DNA of 64,000 nt, taken from assembly GCF_964213995.1 (NCBI RefSeq), contig NW_027590140.1:558001-622000 (forward strand), in the 5' to 3' direction. This DNA is from Mustelus asterias (lineage: Eukaryota). Below the pieces are notes generated by a model. That model did not search any database. It had not been told where the DNA came from and saw nothing but the letters and a program-made list of their open reading frames with translations. Below are positions 23,028-36,135 of this stretch, piece by piece. How positions within the stretch are numbered: the first letter of the stretch is position 1; each line of letters begins with the position of its first letter. The translations under genes and the position numbers were made by a program.

Positions 23028-25270
23028 CTACCGTATGGTATAGGGGATATTTTTAGATCCTCTGTTAACCTAGGATATTATTTTGGTTGTTCGTCTTTTA
23101 TTTCTTCAAGGTATTATGTTGTTTTCTGATATAATTTTCAAGCCTGTCTGTTATTAAATTAGTCGCTTAATGCAATTTTAAATACATATATTATTAAGTT
23201 AACCTCTGTCAGCAAGATAAGGTGTTACAATCTCCACAACCGTTCTTCTTTTATTTTCCTCAGACAGTCCGTTTTCGAAAATATATTTTATTCCTCAACC
23301 TGAGGCGTCTATTTCGTCTGGTGTAATTTTCCGCCAACTGTCAGTAAACAATACTATGAAGACTAAACAGGTGATGTTAACTGATATGGACTGAGTAACT
23401 TGGGTCTACATTCTCCCCAGTTTAGAAAAATGAGAGGAGATCACATTGAAACAAAATAATCGGAAAGGATGTGACGAGGTAGACACTTCATCGCAACATC
23501 GTTCATGGCTAAACCACCCAAACTGCACATCTTTGGAGTGTGGGATGAAACCGGAGAACCCGGGGGAAACTCACGCAGGTACGAGGAGAACGTGCAGACT
23601 CAACACAGACAGTCCACCCAAGGTCGGAGTTGAACCCGGGTCCCAATCGCTGTGAGGCAGCACTGCCACCCCGGTCTGTGCACCTGCATATGAGGACGTA
23701 GGTACATCTGAACACAAATAATTCAGTTATTTACAAAAGGACTTTGCAAATAATTCCAATTCTCTTTAAGCATGTCATGATAATTTATTGAGTATTCACT
23801 TACAGATACTATGCCTCAGTCAAAACCTAAATGCAATGACTGTCTTGGACGCTCTTGAAAGTGATGTACAGCTGGCCATTCCGCTGCCAAGGCAATGCAT
23901 CTTTCAAATGACTCACTGAATTTCTATCCTCTTTTTCTCGGTCTCAAACTACCTCAATCAGATAGTCTCCCTTCTTTCTCTCAGTTTCCATGAAATCACT
24001 TACATAGGCACCGAAGAACCGAACTTGACAAAACAAATGTTTAAGTTTGCACCTTGTGACTGAAAGTATGAAACCCAAAACTCTCATCAGAGGAAAATTC
24101 AGTACCAGAAGAACATTAGCTCGCTCACTGAGCGTCTCTCCTCGCTTCATTTCAAACGACACCTAACAACTTGAAACTTTCAATTTAAAACACTCTTTGG
24201 GAAAAATATCGCTTTAATTTACCTTCTTTTCTCCCAGTAAGAAAACTCGGGCTATCTCCCCTTCAATTAATGCATTTAAAACCCAAATTGTGTCCTTTCT
24301 TGAATTGTTTAAAATGGGAATGGAGGTAAATGTAATGCTGAGAGCGGCAGCAGTCTGCGTATTTGTTCTTGATGCTGTCAGAAGAGAGTTCACCCTCACA
24401 GGCAGAAAGACTGTTCACGGTGATAACATCAAACTGACGCCAGCTGTTTCATTCTCAGGTAACACAACTTCCTGTTTTTCTGCTGCTGGTTCGAAACCTC
24501 ACATCTCACTTCTGAGCAGAAAATAAATCCAGCAGCAACAATCTGGCGAGAACATCTGTCAATGCGGCCTATATCTGTCCACAGAGTCAGAGCAGAGTCA
24601 CACAGATCACATTGCGGTGACATTTACAAATGAGCCTCTTGTAATCATTTAAAATTTCCATTCCAGGACATAACTGGATAGTCAGTGGATCAGTCACTGC
24701 GTTCCCTCCGTTCTGTGAAGGTGGGAAATAATAGCTTGCTGCCTTTCATTATTTTATCAATTTCCTTTCCTCTTTAACTTGCTTTTTTTTCTTTTAACTG
24801 TCAGCATCCCGTCTTCCATTCGCATTTTAATTGACCCATCTCTACCTTTCTCCATTGGCCTGTGACTCTATTTAATGAAAGTGTGCAAAGTCATGATGGT
24901 AGGAGTGCAGTAACTAAAGAAAATCTTTTCAACTGGGAGGAGGGTTGGTAACCAATGGGCACGTGTTTATTTTATTGAACAGGAAGATAGAAGGATAATT
25001 CATACTTTTATGCCGTGACTTGTTATGAACTGGAATGAATAGCTTGAAAGAGTGATGGAGTCAGACTTCACAGTAACTTTGGAAAATAAATTAGATACAT
25101 ACTTGATGGAGTAAAATTTGAAGGATCATGGTGAATAGGCCCATTTTTATGGTTTACCTATATCATTGTCCTGGCTTTTTCTCTATATCTATCACTGTCC
25201 TTTACAGAGATTGAATAAAATGCAATATTTATACAGCTGTCTTCTTGCACTAACCTGTCTTTTACCAGAA

Positions 25271-25301
<31 letters not shown>

Positions 25302-27184
25302 CGATGATTACCAGCAAACATTCATAAATTCATTGCTATTTACAAACCATCACCATGAACAGAATAACACTGGATAGAATTTGTTTAGGAAAAGCACAAT
25401 TACCCTTCATATTTGTTGCACTTTTGTTCCCTCTGATGAGGTTTTGATGTTTTAACTTTTCAGTCATCACATGTCCTATGCTGATGATTTAAACCTGGGT
25501 TTCTACAAACTGCCGGATCTGACCCTTGTCTGTCTGTGTAAATGGGGAACTGTTGGTAAGATTGAGAAGGAACAGATTTTCTTCTGTTCCTCTGAGAAAT
25601 GCAGCATTGTCACCTCAGATTTCAGAAATATCTAGAGTCCACCATGATTCTTCCCCCCACCTATCCCCCCCTCCCGCCACCCCCCCCCCCACCACCCGCC
25701 CCACCCCCCCACCGCCCCACCTCCCCCTCCCCGCCCCACCCCCCACCGCCCTTGGGAATAACAGCTTTTAATCAGTTAATCACTCCGGCCTTTGCCATGG
25801 TGTTTCCGCTGTGTGTTTGCCACACAAATTCCTGTGTCACTTACCCTGACACAGAAACCTGCGCAAAGGCCCCAAGATTCATTGCTTCCTTCGATCAGGA
25901 TCCAGTCTGACCCCAGGCCCGGAACTCTCTCTTCTCAATGCATTGTAGCGGTCGTTCAAATATTCAAATTCTAACGCTGTAATTCTGTATGATTATTTTT
26001 AGTGACCGTTAGCCAGTCAGATCTGAATAAGAACCTATCTCTCGTATTGTTGTATTTGACTCCTCCCAATTATTATTGAACAATATACTTTCTTTCTGGA
26101 ATGATCACACAAATAACTATTTATTCTTATGTTATATCAGATCCTGTCTCTCTTATTCTATCTGGCCCATATATTGGTTCCCATTACTCTGACGGACAGT
26201 TTATGTTATCATTGCATTGACACATCTGTCTATACAAGACCAGATTCAGCCTCTGTGATTGCTGCACTATTTCTAATCATTCGTGGGATGCGGGTATCGC
26301 TGGCTCGGTCGCCCCTTTCCTTATTGCCCTTGAGAAAGTGGCGATGAGCGACTATCGTGAACAGCAGTAGTCCATATTCACCAGCCCGTGTTAATGTATT
26401 TATTATACAAGGTCAGGTCTCTCTTTATGATACATCTGATCTTGAGATATTTTATATTAGGTTATCCAGATTATACAACCTATGGACGGTCCAAAATGTT
26501 TAGGATGATCATCATGGAATTGGTGAAAGTGACGTTTAAAGACTGTAGAAGCTGAAATATTGAACCTTCTCTGAACAGCAGCAGATGTTTCAACCCTTTG
26601 CACCAATAGGAATAAGAAGTCTGAGAATTACCGATGTATTGATATCCTGTCAGGTATAGGTCCGGGTGCAATTTCGCCAACATTTTTACAAACGAACACA
26701 CATTCGAGGTATATACCAAGAGTTTTTGGTGAAATGCTGAGACTATCAATTGCCAGAATACGCTCTCCATTCGCGATTTAATTTATTCCATTTACCAACT
26801 GATCTCTAAAGCCAGATAGATCGACGCTGAGAACGAAATATTCCGTCTGAAATAACTTTGTAAACAAGAGCACACAACGGAATGGTTATCAATAAATAGT
26901 TACAGTTTTAAATGCACTTCAATTGAAATACGTGAACTATTTGGGGTTTTCGTACATTCACAGCAGGCGGAAATGGATTGAAGGTTGTCACTGGAACAAT
27001 TGAAGGGAAATTGTCCAAAATAATGATAATAATCTTCAAAGAAATTTATTAGAAAATAAAATATTTGACACAACGAAGCATTCAAATATCAAATATCCAA
27101 GGCGTGGACTGATGTGATATTTAACAAACATAGAGCCATAGAATCCCTACATCATAGAATAATATAATCCCGATAGTACAGCAC

Positions 27185-27800
27185 GGGCAGCACGGTAGCA
27201 CAGTGGTTAGCACTGTTGCTTCACAGCTCCAGGGATCTGGGTTCGATTCCCGGCTTGGGTCACTGTCTGTGTGGAGTTTGCACATTCTCCTCGTGTCTGC
27301 GTGGGTTTCCTCCGGGTGCTCCGGTTTCCTTCCACAGTCCAAAGATGTGCGGGTTAGGTTGATTGGCCATGCTAAAATTGCCCTTAGTGTCCTGGGATGC
27401 GTAGGTTAGAGGGATTAATGGGTAAAATATGCAGGGATATGGGGGTAGGGCCTGGGTGGGATTGTGGTCGGCGCAGACTCGATGGGCCGAATGGCCTCTT
27501 TCTGTGCTGTAGGGTTTCTATAATCTATGATTCTACAGAAAGAGCCTATCGAGTCTGCACTGATCCCAATTCCCATAACCCCACTTATTTTACCCTGCTC
27601 ATTCCCTGACACTAAGAAGCAATTCAGTATGGCCAATCAACCTAACCAGCGCATCGTTGGACTGTGGGAGTGAACTGGAGCACCCGGAGGAAGCCCACGG
27701 AGACACGGGGAGAGCGTGCAAACTCCACACAGTCACCTGAGGCCGGAATTGAATCCGGGTCCCCGGCACAATGAGACAGCAGTGCTAACAACTGCGCCAC
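27185..27800. mobile_element. Tail-to-tail pair of HE1-like SINEs (+ 27185-27535; - ~27530-27800)
   Basis: SINE head at 27185 on +, and a reverse-complement head ending at ~27800. Confidence 0.8.
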
Positions 27801-28311
27801 AGTGCCACTACAGTGAACGACGCCATTCGGCACATCTCGTCTGCACTGACTCTTCGAAAAAGCACCCCATCCAGGCCTTCCCTCTGCCCTATCCCTGTAA
27901 ACCCCACACATTTACCACTGCTAATCCACATTATGGCACGTCTTTGGGGGCAATTTATCGTGGCCAATCCACCTAACATGGTCTACTTTAATGTACACGA
28001 GGGACAAGCTTTTGTGCAGCAAGACAGAGACAGGGCTGAGTGCACCAATTATTGACACAGCACCTGTATCAATAAGAATGGAGGCAGCGTCCAGTTCAGT
28101 AATTACTGGGAGAGTCTCGCGTATTTGTAAGCAGTCTGTTTTTTGTCTTATGAACAAAGACATGCAGTATGTAGTTGTAACAAAGACAAGGTCTATTCAA
28201 ATATAAGTAAATACAATGTGCACTGTAATTTAAACTGAGACAGGTTCTAGCGCAATATGAAATGAGATAGGCGCTCTCGGAATTTAAGCAAGGATATCAT
28301 CTATCATGATA

Positions 28312-29275
28312 TAAACAAAGAAAAGATTACAGTACAGCACATCAACAGGCACTTCGGCTCGCCAAGCCTGGGCCGATCACATTGTCCTAACTCGACCAAC
28401 CGTCTGTACCCCTCTATTCCGTCTGTTCATGTGTCTAAAAAGATAAGCCTTAAATGTGCCTCAACCACCTTACTTGGCAGTGCATTCCAGGCCCCCACCA
28501 CTCTCTGTGTAAAAAGCTTTCCCCGCACATCTCGACTGAACCTTTTGAACTTGTACCCCTTTGTAATTGTCATTTCTGCCCCGGGAATAAGCTTCCAACT
28601 GTTCGCCCTATCTATACCCCTCATAATTTTATAAACGTCTATCAGGTCGCCCCTCAGCCTCCGTCATTCCAGGGAGAACAATCCTAGTTTATTCAATCCC
28701 TCCTCATAGCTAATGCCCTCTATGCCAGGCAACATTCTGGTAAACCTTTTCTGTACTCTCTCCAAAGCCTCCAAATCCTTCTGGTAGTGTGCTGACCAGA
28801 ATTGGACACAGTATTCTAAATGTAGCCTACCCAACGTTCTATATAACCTTGTAACATAACTTGCCAACTTTTATACTCGATACCCCATCCAATGAAGACT
28901 AGCACGCCAAATCCTTTCTTCACCAGCTTTTCCACTGTGCTACCACTTTTAAGGATCTGTGGACCTGAACGACAAGATCTGTGTGTCTATGCTCCTGATG
29001 GATCTGACATTTAACAGAGATGTTCGTGGTGGGAGATACAGGAAGGATATCAGAGGTAGGTTCTTTACGCAGAGAGTGGTTGGGGTGTGGAATGGACTGC
29101 CTGCAGTGATAGAGGAGTCAGACACTTTAGGAACATTTAAGCGGTTATTGGATAGGCACATGGAGCACACCAGGATGATAGGGAGTGGGATAGCTTGATC
29201 TTGGTTTCAGATAAAGCTCGGCACAACATCGTGGGCCGAAGGGCCTGTTCTGTGCTGTACTGTTCTATGTTCTAT
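28312..29275. mobile_element. Two adjacent CR1 fragments of opposite orientation (- 28312-28995; + 29021-29275)
   Basis: Minus-strand ORFs RLHLEYCVQFWS..; plus-strand ORF GGRYRKDIRGRFFTQRVV.., near-identical to the 21308-21950 tail. Confidence 0.85.
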
Positions 29276-30924
29276 ATGTGGTCCAGTGGAATGAAAAGCG
29301 AGGCAATGCTCATTAAAGTAATAATTGAGAGAGGATAGAGTGAAAAATGAACAGAGATACGGTTTAGCGCATTAGCAACAGAGAGAGGATCAAGCGCAAT
29401 AAAACTGACACCAGGCCGAGTGTAATTTTGTCTGATTCTGGACATTGTGTATAAACTGAGTCAAAGCCTGATGCAGTAACTGTAGACCAAGATCTTAGAT
29501 TAACATTAGCTTTGACATGGACAAGTGCAGCAATAAATGAAACATGACAGAGGACAATAATAACAGAGACAGCATGTTGTTTGGAATAAACATGGAGGTG
29601 GACTGATACAGCAGTGATTGAGATGTGGTCTAGATTAGTGTACGTGTGCAGGTTCCAGCAACGTAATAACTGCGACAGAGTCACATGTAATGCAATGAGT
29701 AACATTTTCTGGTACAGTATCAGGGGAGATAAGGTCTCGTGAAGTAACAACTGAGAAATGGAGAATTGTGGTATTAGTCGAGAATTAAATATGTGCTGCC
29801 GTAACTGCCAGAATGCAGGGTGTAATATCAACTGAGGCTTAGTTCAGTATAATAGCAACTGGGATTTTGCCGAGTGCACAAGCGACTGAAAATTGTTGTC
29901 ATGTAATCAGAAATGACACAGATTCCGTGTCATATAAACAGAGGCAGATCTAGTTTTAGATGAGCAGAGGTTGAGTCCATTGCAATAATAATTGAAATTA
30001 TGTATGTGTCATTGGAGAGCAAATTGAATGAATCATATCCCGAATGATGAGTGAATTGCTGGCAATTGATCATCTCATCATCTCACAGAAATTCTTGATA
30101 TGTGTGCTAATTGGTGAAAATGATGGCTAAAATGCACCTACTCGTAACGGAATCGGAGTGGACAACAGAAATGTCCGTTGACCTCAGGCGGGAACTTCCG
30201 GTCTCGATCCAGCGACAGTAAGAAGTCTCCCAACACCCGATTAAAGTTCAACAGGGTTATTTGGATGCACGAGCTTTTGGAGCACTGCTTCTCATCAGTT
30301 GAGGGGCAGCGCTCCGAAAGCTCATGCTACCAAATAAATCTGTTGGACTTTAACCTGGTGTTGTGAAACTTCTTAATGTGCCTGCCCCAGTCCAACGCCG
30401 GCATCTCCATATCATCGCTCGAGCGAAACCTTAAAATCCCATCTGCTTCATGTAATGCCAACAATCACGGTTGCACTGCCCTCTACTGGAAACATTTTGC
30501 TATTGCAGATGTTGTGAAAATACCAATTTTAGATGTTGTTTCATTATAATTTCATGCGATGCAAACATCGCTGGCAAGGCCATCATTTGTTGGCAATCTC
30601 TGATACCATGCATTTATTGGTTTTCTAAGCATCTCGGAGGACAGTTGACAGTCAACCACGTTGCTGTGAGACTGGAGTCACCTATAGTCCAAACTGGATA
30701 AAGATGAAAGGTTTCTTTCCTTGCAGGACATTAGCGAATCAGATGTGCTTTTCGGGAATCATCTAATTACATTACAGAAACTAGCTTCAAATTCCAAATT
30801 CTAATTGCATTTTTGAATCACACATTCTGCTGTAGTGAGATTTGAACACATGTACTAAGAAAATTGTCTGAGCCTCAAAACGACTGACTCGGTGATATTA
30901 CCACAATGTGACTGTCTCCCTTTT

Positions 30925-31263
30925 CATAGAATCATAGAAACCCTACAGTGCAGAAGGAGGCCATTCGGCCCATCGAGTCTGCACCGACCACAATCCCACC
31001 CAGGCCCTCCCCCCACATATTTACCCGCTAATCCCTCTAACCTACGCATCCCAGGACTCTAAGGGGCAATTTTTAACCTGGCCAATCAACCTAACCCGCA
31101 CATCTTTGGCCTGTGGGAGGAAACCGGAGCACCCGGAGGAAACCCACGCAGACACGAGGAGAATGTGCAAACTCCACACAGACAGTGACCCGAGCCGGGA
31201 ATCGAACCCGGGACCCTAGAGCTGTGAAGCAGCAGTGCTAACCACTGTGCTACCGTGCCGCCC
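30925..31263 (-). mobile_element. HE1-like SINE, full length
   Basis: Reverse complement of the 9309-type consensus, including the TTCTATGA tail. Confidence 0.9.
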
Positions 31264-33187
31264 ATAGAATGCCTACTGTATAGAAGAAGACCATTTGACA
31301 CGTCGTGTCTGTTTGAGCCCTCCAAAAGGAGCAATCCACCCAATTGCACTCTATACTCCGCAGTCTAGCATTTTGTTCGCTTCCGGTTAATAATCCAAAA
31401 CCATTTTGAAAGCATCAATTGACCCTGTCTCTACCACACTCTCAAACAGCTAATTCCAGATCTGAATCACTCACTGTGTGAAAACATTTTTCCCCTTGCG
31501 TCTGTGGCCAAATAACTTCAATCTGTGCCCTGTGGTACAAGATCCTTCCGCCAATGTGAAATGTTCGTCTCCATCTACCCTGTACAGACCATTCGTTATT
31601 GTTAATACCTTTATCAGATCACCTCCGTGCCAACCCGTCAAGGAAAGCAGTCTAGTTTAGTGTATACGTGGCAGATTTTAGCAAAGTTAGAACTAAGACA
31701 GAGCCTCGTGTAATGCAAACAGCAACATGTTCAGTTAGTATCAGGAGAGACAGGATCTAGTGAATTAAAAACTGAGGAATTGATACTATTATGATATTCG
31801 CTGAGATTTAATTCTGTGCTGTCACATATCAATTGAGGCTTGGTTCAGTATAATATCAATTGGGATTTTTCCCAGTACAGAAACAGCTGAGAATTATGGG
31901 CACACAATCTCACAAACGATTTAGTGTCACATAAACAGAGACTGGGTCAAGTTTAAGATGAGTAGAGACTGAGTCCTTTGCAGTAATAATTGAGACAATC
32001 TCTGTTTCATGCGATGCCAACAAACGCGGTTTCATTGCCATCTACTGGATGCACTTTGCTGTTGCAGATATTGTGAAAATGGCAACTTTTATTACTTATG
32101 ACTGCACTCGGCATTAGCAAAGTGGATGAGTTCTTAAGGACCAGAGTCTTATGGCCAACAATACTGAAACTAGCTTTAAATTTTAATTGCATGTTTGAAT
32201 CCCACGTCGCACTGCCCGGACTCAGCCATCATCAAAATGAATGGCGGAGCAGGTCCGAAGGGCCGAATGCCCGACTCCGGCTTCTGGTTTCTAAATACAG
32301 CTGTTGACCCTTTATCTTAATTGTCCTCGATCTTTTCAATTTATTTTCCCACCCTGCCCCTTCCCATCGTCAGCTTTTCACTCATTGTTGTACTTTCTTT
32401 CTACGAATATATAGCTTAACGACTCAAAATATAGTTTTCTGCTTGGAATATTGAATGAGTCTGGCAAAACTCCAGTTCTCCTCAAACGGAAACTGTCACG
32501 TATTCTCTCTCCTTCTGTCCCCCGACATCGGAACGCTTATCCAAATATCTACCAGTGGGCGGCAGATCACAATATCCCTTCTGTGGATCACAGTACCTAC
32601 AGTGACTTCATCAATGTTTCCCGAAAGACCTGATGCATCTTGAAATAAATGTAAGTTAAATGGTTGAATCCAACTTGCCTCAAATGATTTGGAGAAGGTA
32701 CAGCGGTAAACATTCATCACATAAATATCCGCATGTTGAAGGATTGGAGCCTGATATCGGTCAGAGGAAAGAGCGAGTGAAGGAAAGCGTGTCTGATGCA
32801 GGAAAGGATGTGAAAATGTGAATGAAAACCCAATTTGAGAGCTGGTTTTTGGATTACTTCACTGTCACCATTTCAGCGCCATTTCAGTGTATAATGAGTG
32901 AAAGTGACCCTGAAAGTTTTTCCGGGCCAGATGGTATTGAATTTTAGTTCATGAGAACTAACTTTACATTTCCCCGAGGGACTGTCAAGCTGTTGTCTGA
33001 GCTTCTCCCCCGTTGTTTGAACACATTGGTATCGAGTTACTGAAAGTGCTGACGTTATTCTCTCTTAAAGAGAGTCCCAATCCTGGGGTTCATGGCTCAT
33101 TGAATGAAGGAGAACAAACCAGACTGATGATAGTAATATTAATCAGACTCGGTCATTGAGTGGAATCCTGCTTACATTAGGGGAAGA

Positions 33188-33287
33188 ATCCAATCCAATC
33201 CAATCCAATCCAATCCAATCCAAATAAGGGAACGGAACCGAATCCAATCCAATCCAAACCAAACCAAACCAATCCAATCCAATCCAA
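33188..33287. repeat. (CCAAT/CCAAA)n pentanucleotide microsatellite
   Basis: Directly visible. Confidence 0.9.
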
Positions 33288-33696
33288 AAACGTGAACATG
33301 GTGAGCATTACAGACCAAAAGAGAAAATGCTGGAAAATCTCAGCAGGGATGACAGCATCTGTAAGAAGAGAAAAGAGCTGACGTTTCGAGTCCAGATGAC
33401 CCTTTATCAAAGCTGGTACCCGTAATCCTGGAAGTTACATGCGGGGTGGAATTTGAGTTAATATCCACGTGGGGCAAGTCAGAGACGAAGACAGTCACTG
33501 AGGAAGGAAATGTGGCTGTGGAAGCCATTCTTGGTAAATACCTTGTCCAACGCTGAGAGAAATGGAAAGCAGTGAAGGTGGATGGCGGGAGTGGGGCGGG
33601 AGGGCGGAAGGGGGGCGGTGGTTGTTGCGGGGAGAGACACATACGGAAATATCTGATCTTGGTGAGTACAAGAATCAATAACCCTCGCAATGTTCA

Positions 33697-33735
33697 GGTT
33701 TCTGGGCAGCTCTCTCCGTGTTCTGTATCACTGTG
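33697..33735 (-). other. Duplicate (distal) 23-RSS of the supporting V-delta
   Basis: CACAGTG 33735-33729, 23 bp ATACAGAACACGGAGAGAGCTGC, CCAGAAACC 33705-33697. A 61-bp tandem copy of the proximal RSS. Confidence 0.85.
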
Positions 33736-33757
33736 TCTGTAATCCTCACTATGTTCA

Positions 33758-33796
33758 GGTTTCTGTACAGCTCTCTCCGTGTTCTGTGTCACTGTG
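33758..33796 (-). other. Proximal 23-RSS of the supporting V-delta
   Basis: CACAGTG 33796-33790, 23 bp ACACAGAACACGGAGAGAGCTGT, ACAGAAACC 33766-33758. Confidence 0.92.
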
Positions 33797-34102
33797 CTGT
33801 GCGCTCACTCAATGCACAGTAATAAACAGCGGAGTCGCTCAGTTGTACTTTGAAGATCTCTAGCCGGCTGATTTTGACTGAAGAATGGCCATAAATGGAA
33901 ATTCTGCCCCCGGGAGTGTTTTCTTTATTCTCCGCTCCTGATGTGTGAGTCTGAAGCAGGTACTTCGGAGCCTGTCCTGGGGACTGACGATACCAGTGTA
34001 CTGTGTACTGACAGATTCCTGAATATTCACAGATTAGAGTAACCGTGTCACCGACAGTAGAGGTTTGGAGAAGTGAACTTGGTGACACAGATGAGCTGGA
34101 AC
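33797..34102 (-). CDS. NAR-TCR supporting TCR-delta V segment (leaderless, intact)
   Basis: CCTGCAG acceptor, phase 1: (G)SSSSVSPSSLLQTSTVGDTVTLICEYSGICQYTVHWYRQSPGQAPKYLL..LSDSAVYYCALSER. Canonical C/W/C plus an extra CDR1 Cys. Lies directly downstream of the NAR-type J. Confidence 0.9.
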
Positions 34103-34211
34103 CTGCAGGATAGAAATAAAATGAATTGTTTTTTTTTAGCCACTGTTTAGCCCGGAAAAACTTGGCAATCTGGCCTGTCTGTTGCGGCACTTTATTTCAT
34201 TGAATTTGGGG

Positions 34212-34517
34212 TTGGCACAATGGCACTTCTGTCTCACAGTGCCAGGGAACCAGGTTCTATTCCGGCCTCGGGTCACTGTCTGCCTCGAGTTTGCACGTTC
34301 TCCCCGCGTCCGCGTGGGTTTCCTGCGGGTCCTCCGGTTTCCTCCCACATCTAAAAATGTGCAGGTTAGGTTGATTGGGCATGCTAAATTGACCACAGTC
34401 TTCCAGCGGCATTAGCACAGTAAATGTCTGGGGTTATGGGAATAGGGCCTCTGTTGGGATGCGGTCGATAGAGATTCGATTGGCCGAATGGTCTTCTGTC
34501 CTGTCGGGATTCTGTGA
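34212..34517 (+). mobile_element. Older SINE copy in the J-to-supporting-V intron
   Basis: Diverged head TGGCACAATGG..CGGGTCACTGTCTG and tail GGCCGAATGGTCTTC. Confidence 0.75.
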
Positions 34518-35170
34518 ATTTGTTTCAAATTGCATTGATTATTGAAAGTAGACAAGCGTAGCAGATCTTCAGGTTTTTTTTCCACAGATAACAACACTCA
34601 CCTGAAGTTCACTGCGGAAGGGGCAGTGCTGGGAGAAGCTTTAAATTAACGTTCAAACGGTAATTGAGGAGGAAAAATACTTCTGGGACAGGGCAAGATT
34701 CCACTGACAAGGGGACGAAAGAAGGGCGAATGCGGACATTGGCAGCACCTTCAAATTACTGACATTATTGACAAAATTATGGGTTTTTTGCGGAATATGA
34801 CACTATTTTTATTAAATATCTGCTAATAAATATATTGGTGAAATATCAAACCAGAAAAATAAATCATAAATGTTCACTCTTCTCGCTGAATCAATTGCTG
34901 TCTAGATTTGATTGCCCAAAGGAAAATGAGGCTTTTTAATGTCCCTGCGCATATCAAGGTTCAGCACAGGGCAGCGATATTGGTCCACACCGATTAATCC
35001 GAACGGACAATATATATCTCTGGGTCAAAGACCGACCATTGGCCGTAGTTCAGCACTGCAAGGTAACTCCTGTCTGCCGTTGGGCTATTTGTCTGTTTCA
35101 ATCAATCAATTCAATCGTTTTACTTCTATTAGAAATATTTGCAAGTTGATTTCATATTATTTCTATATCT

Positions 35171-36135
35171 GGGCGGCACGGTAGCACAGTGGTTAGCACT
35201 GCTGCTTCACAGCTTCAGGGTCCCGGGTTCGATTCCCGGCTCGGGTCACTGTCTGTGTGGAGTTTGCACATTCTCCTCGTGTCTGCGTGGGTTTCCTCCG
35301 GGTGCTCCGGTTTCCTCCCACAGTCCAAAGATGTGTGGGTTAGGTTGATTGGCCAGGTTAAAAATAAAATTGCCCCTTAGAGTCCTGAGATGCGTGGATT
35401 AGCGGGTAAATATGTGGGGGTAGGGCCTGGGTGGGATTGTGGTCGGTGCAGACTCGATGGGCCGAATGGCCTCCTTCTGCACTGTAGGGTTTCTATGATT
35501 CTATGAGTTGTTTTCTGTCTGTTGTGGTTTCGAACCGTCATTGGAACTTGTCCTAATTTCTCTCAGTTGTCGGTTGGGTTCAGCGAGTTCAATTTCCGCA
35601 GTGGTTTTATTGTTACTCACTGGGAACTGCGTTCAGGGTATATGCGAATTTAAATCCATTTCATCCATTGGCTGACTGTTCTCTGTCCTTTCCGAACAGT
35701 CTAACATTTACATTCTACACTTTCCACTTACCACGAATAAGCCACTCGGCCCAGCTGGTCGACGCTTGTTCTTGTACATCACTTCTCCTTGTGAACACGT
35801 GCGGCACGGTAGCACAGTGGTTAACGTTGCTGCTTCACAGCGCCAGGAACCTGGGTTCGCTTCCCGGCTTGGGACACTGTCTGTGTGGAGTTTGCACATT
35901 CTCCTCGTGTCTGCTTGGGTTCCCTCCGGGCGCTCCGGTTTCATCCCAAAGGTGTACGGGTTAGATTGATTGGCCATGCTAAAAATTGCCCCTTAGTGTC
36001 CTGCGATGCGTAGGTTAGAGGGATTAACGGGTAAATATTTAGGGATATGGGGGTAGGGTCTGGGTGGGATTGTGGTCCGTGCAGACTCGATGGGCCAAAT
36101 GGCCTGTTTCTGCACTGTAGGGTTTCTTTCTTTCT
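35171..36135 (+). mobile_element. Two HE1-like SINEs (35171-35505; 35801-36135)
   Basis: Both match the 9309-type consensus. Confidence 0.88.

Noticed and set aside
25480-25525. TGATGA...CTGA box C/D-like pair
   Set aside because: Too short for a snoRNA, with no terminal stem or host gene.
25839-25885. Minus-strand ATG..TCAGG|GTAAGT that might be a J or leader exon
   Set aside because: No RSS upstream, no W/F-G-x-G motif in the donor frame, and no downstream V exon.
23028-33690. Ig constant-domain exons upstream of TM1
   Set aside because: No C1-set motifs (CL..GF.P, W, Y.C.V.H) recognised in any listed ORF or by manual reading. Highly decayed exons cannot be excluded without tBLASTn.
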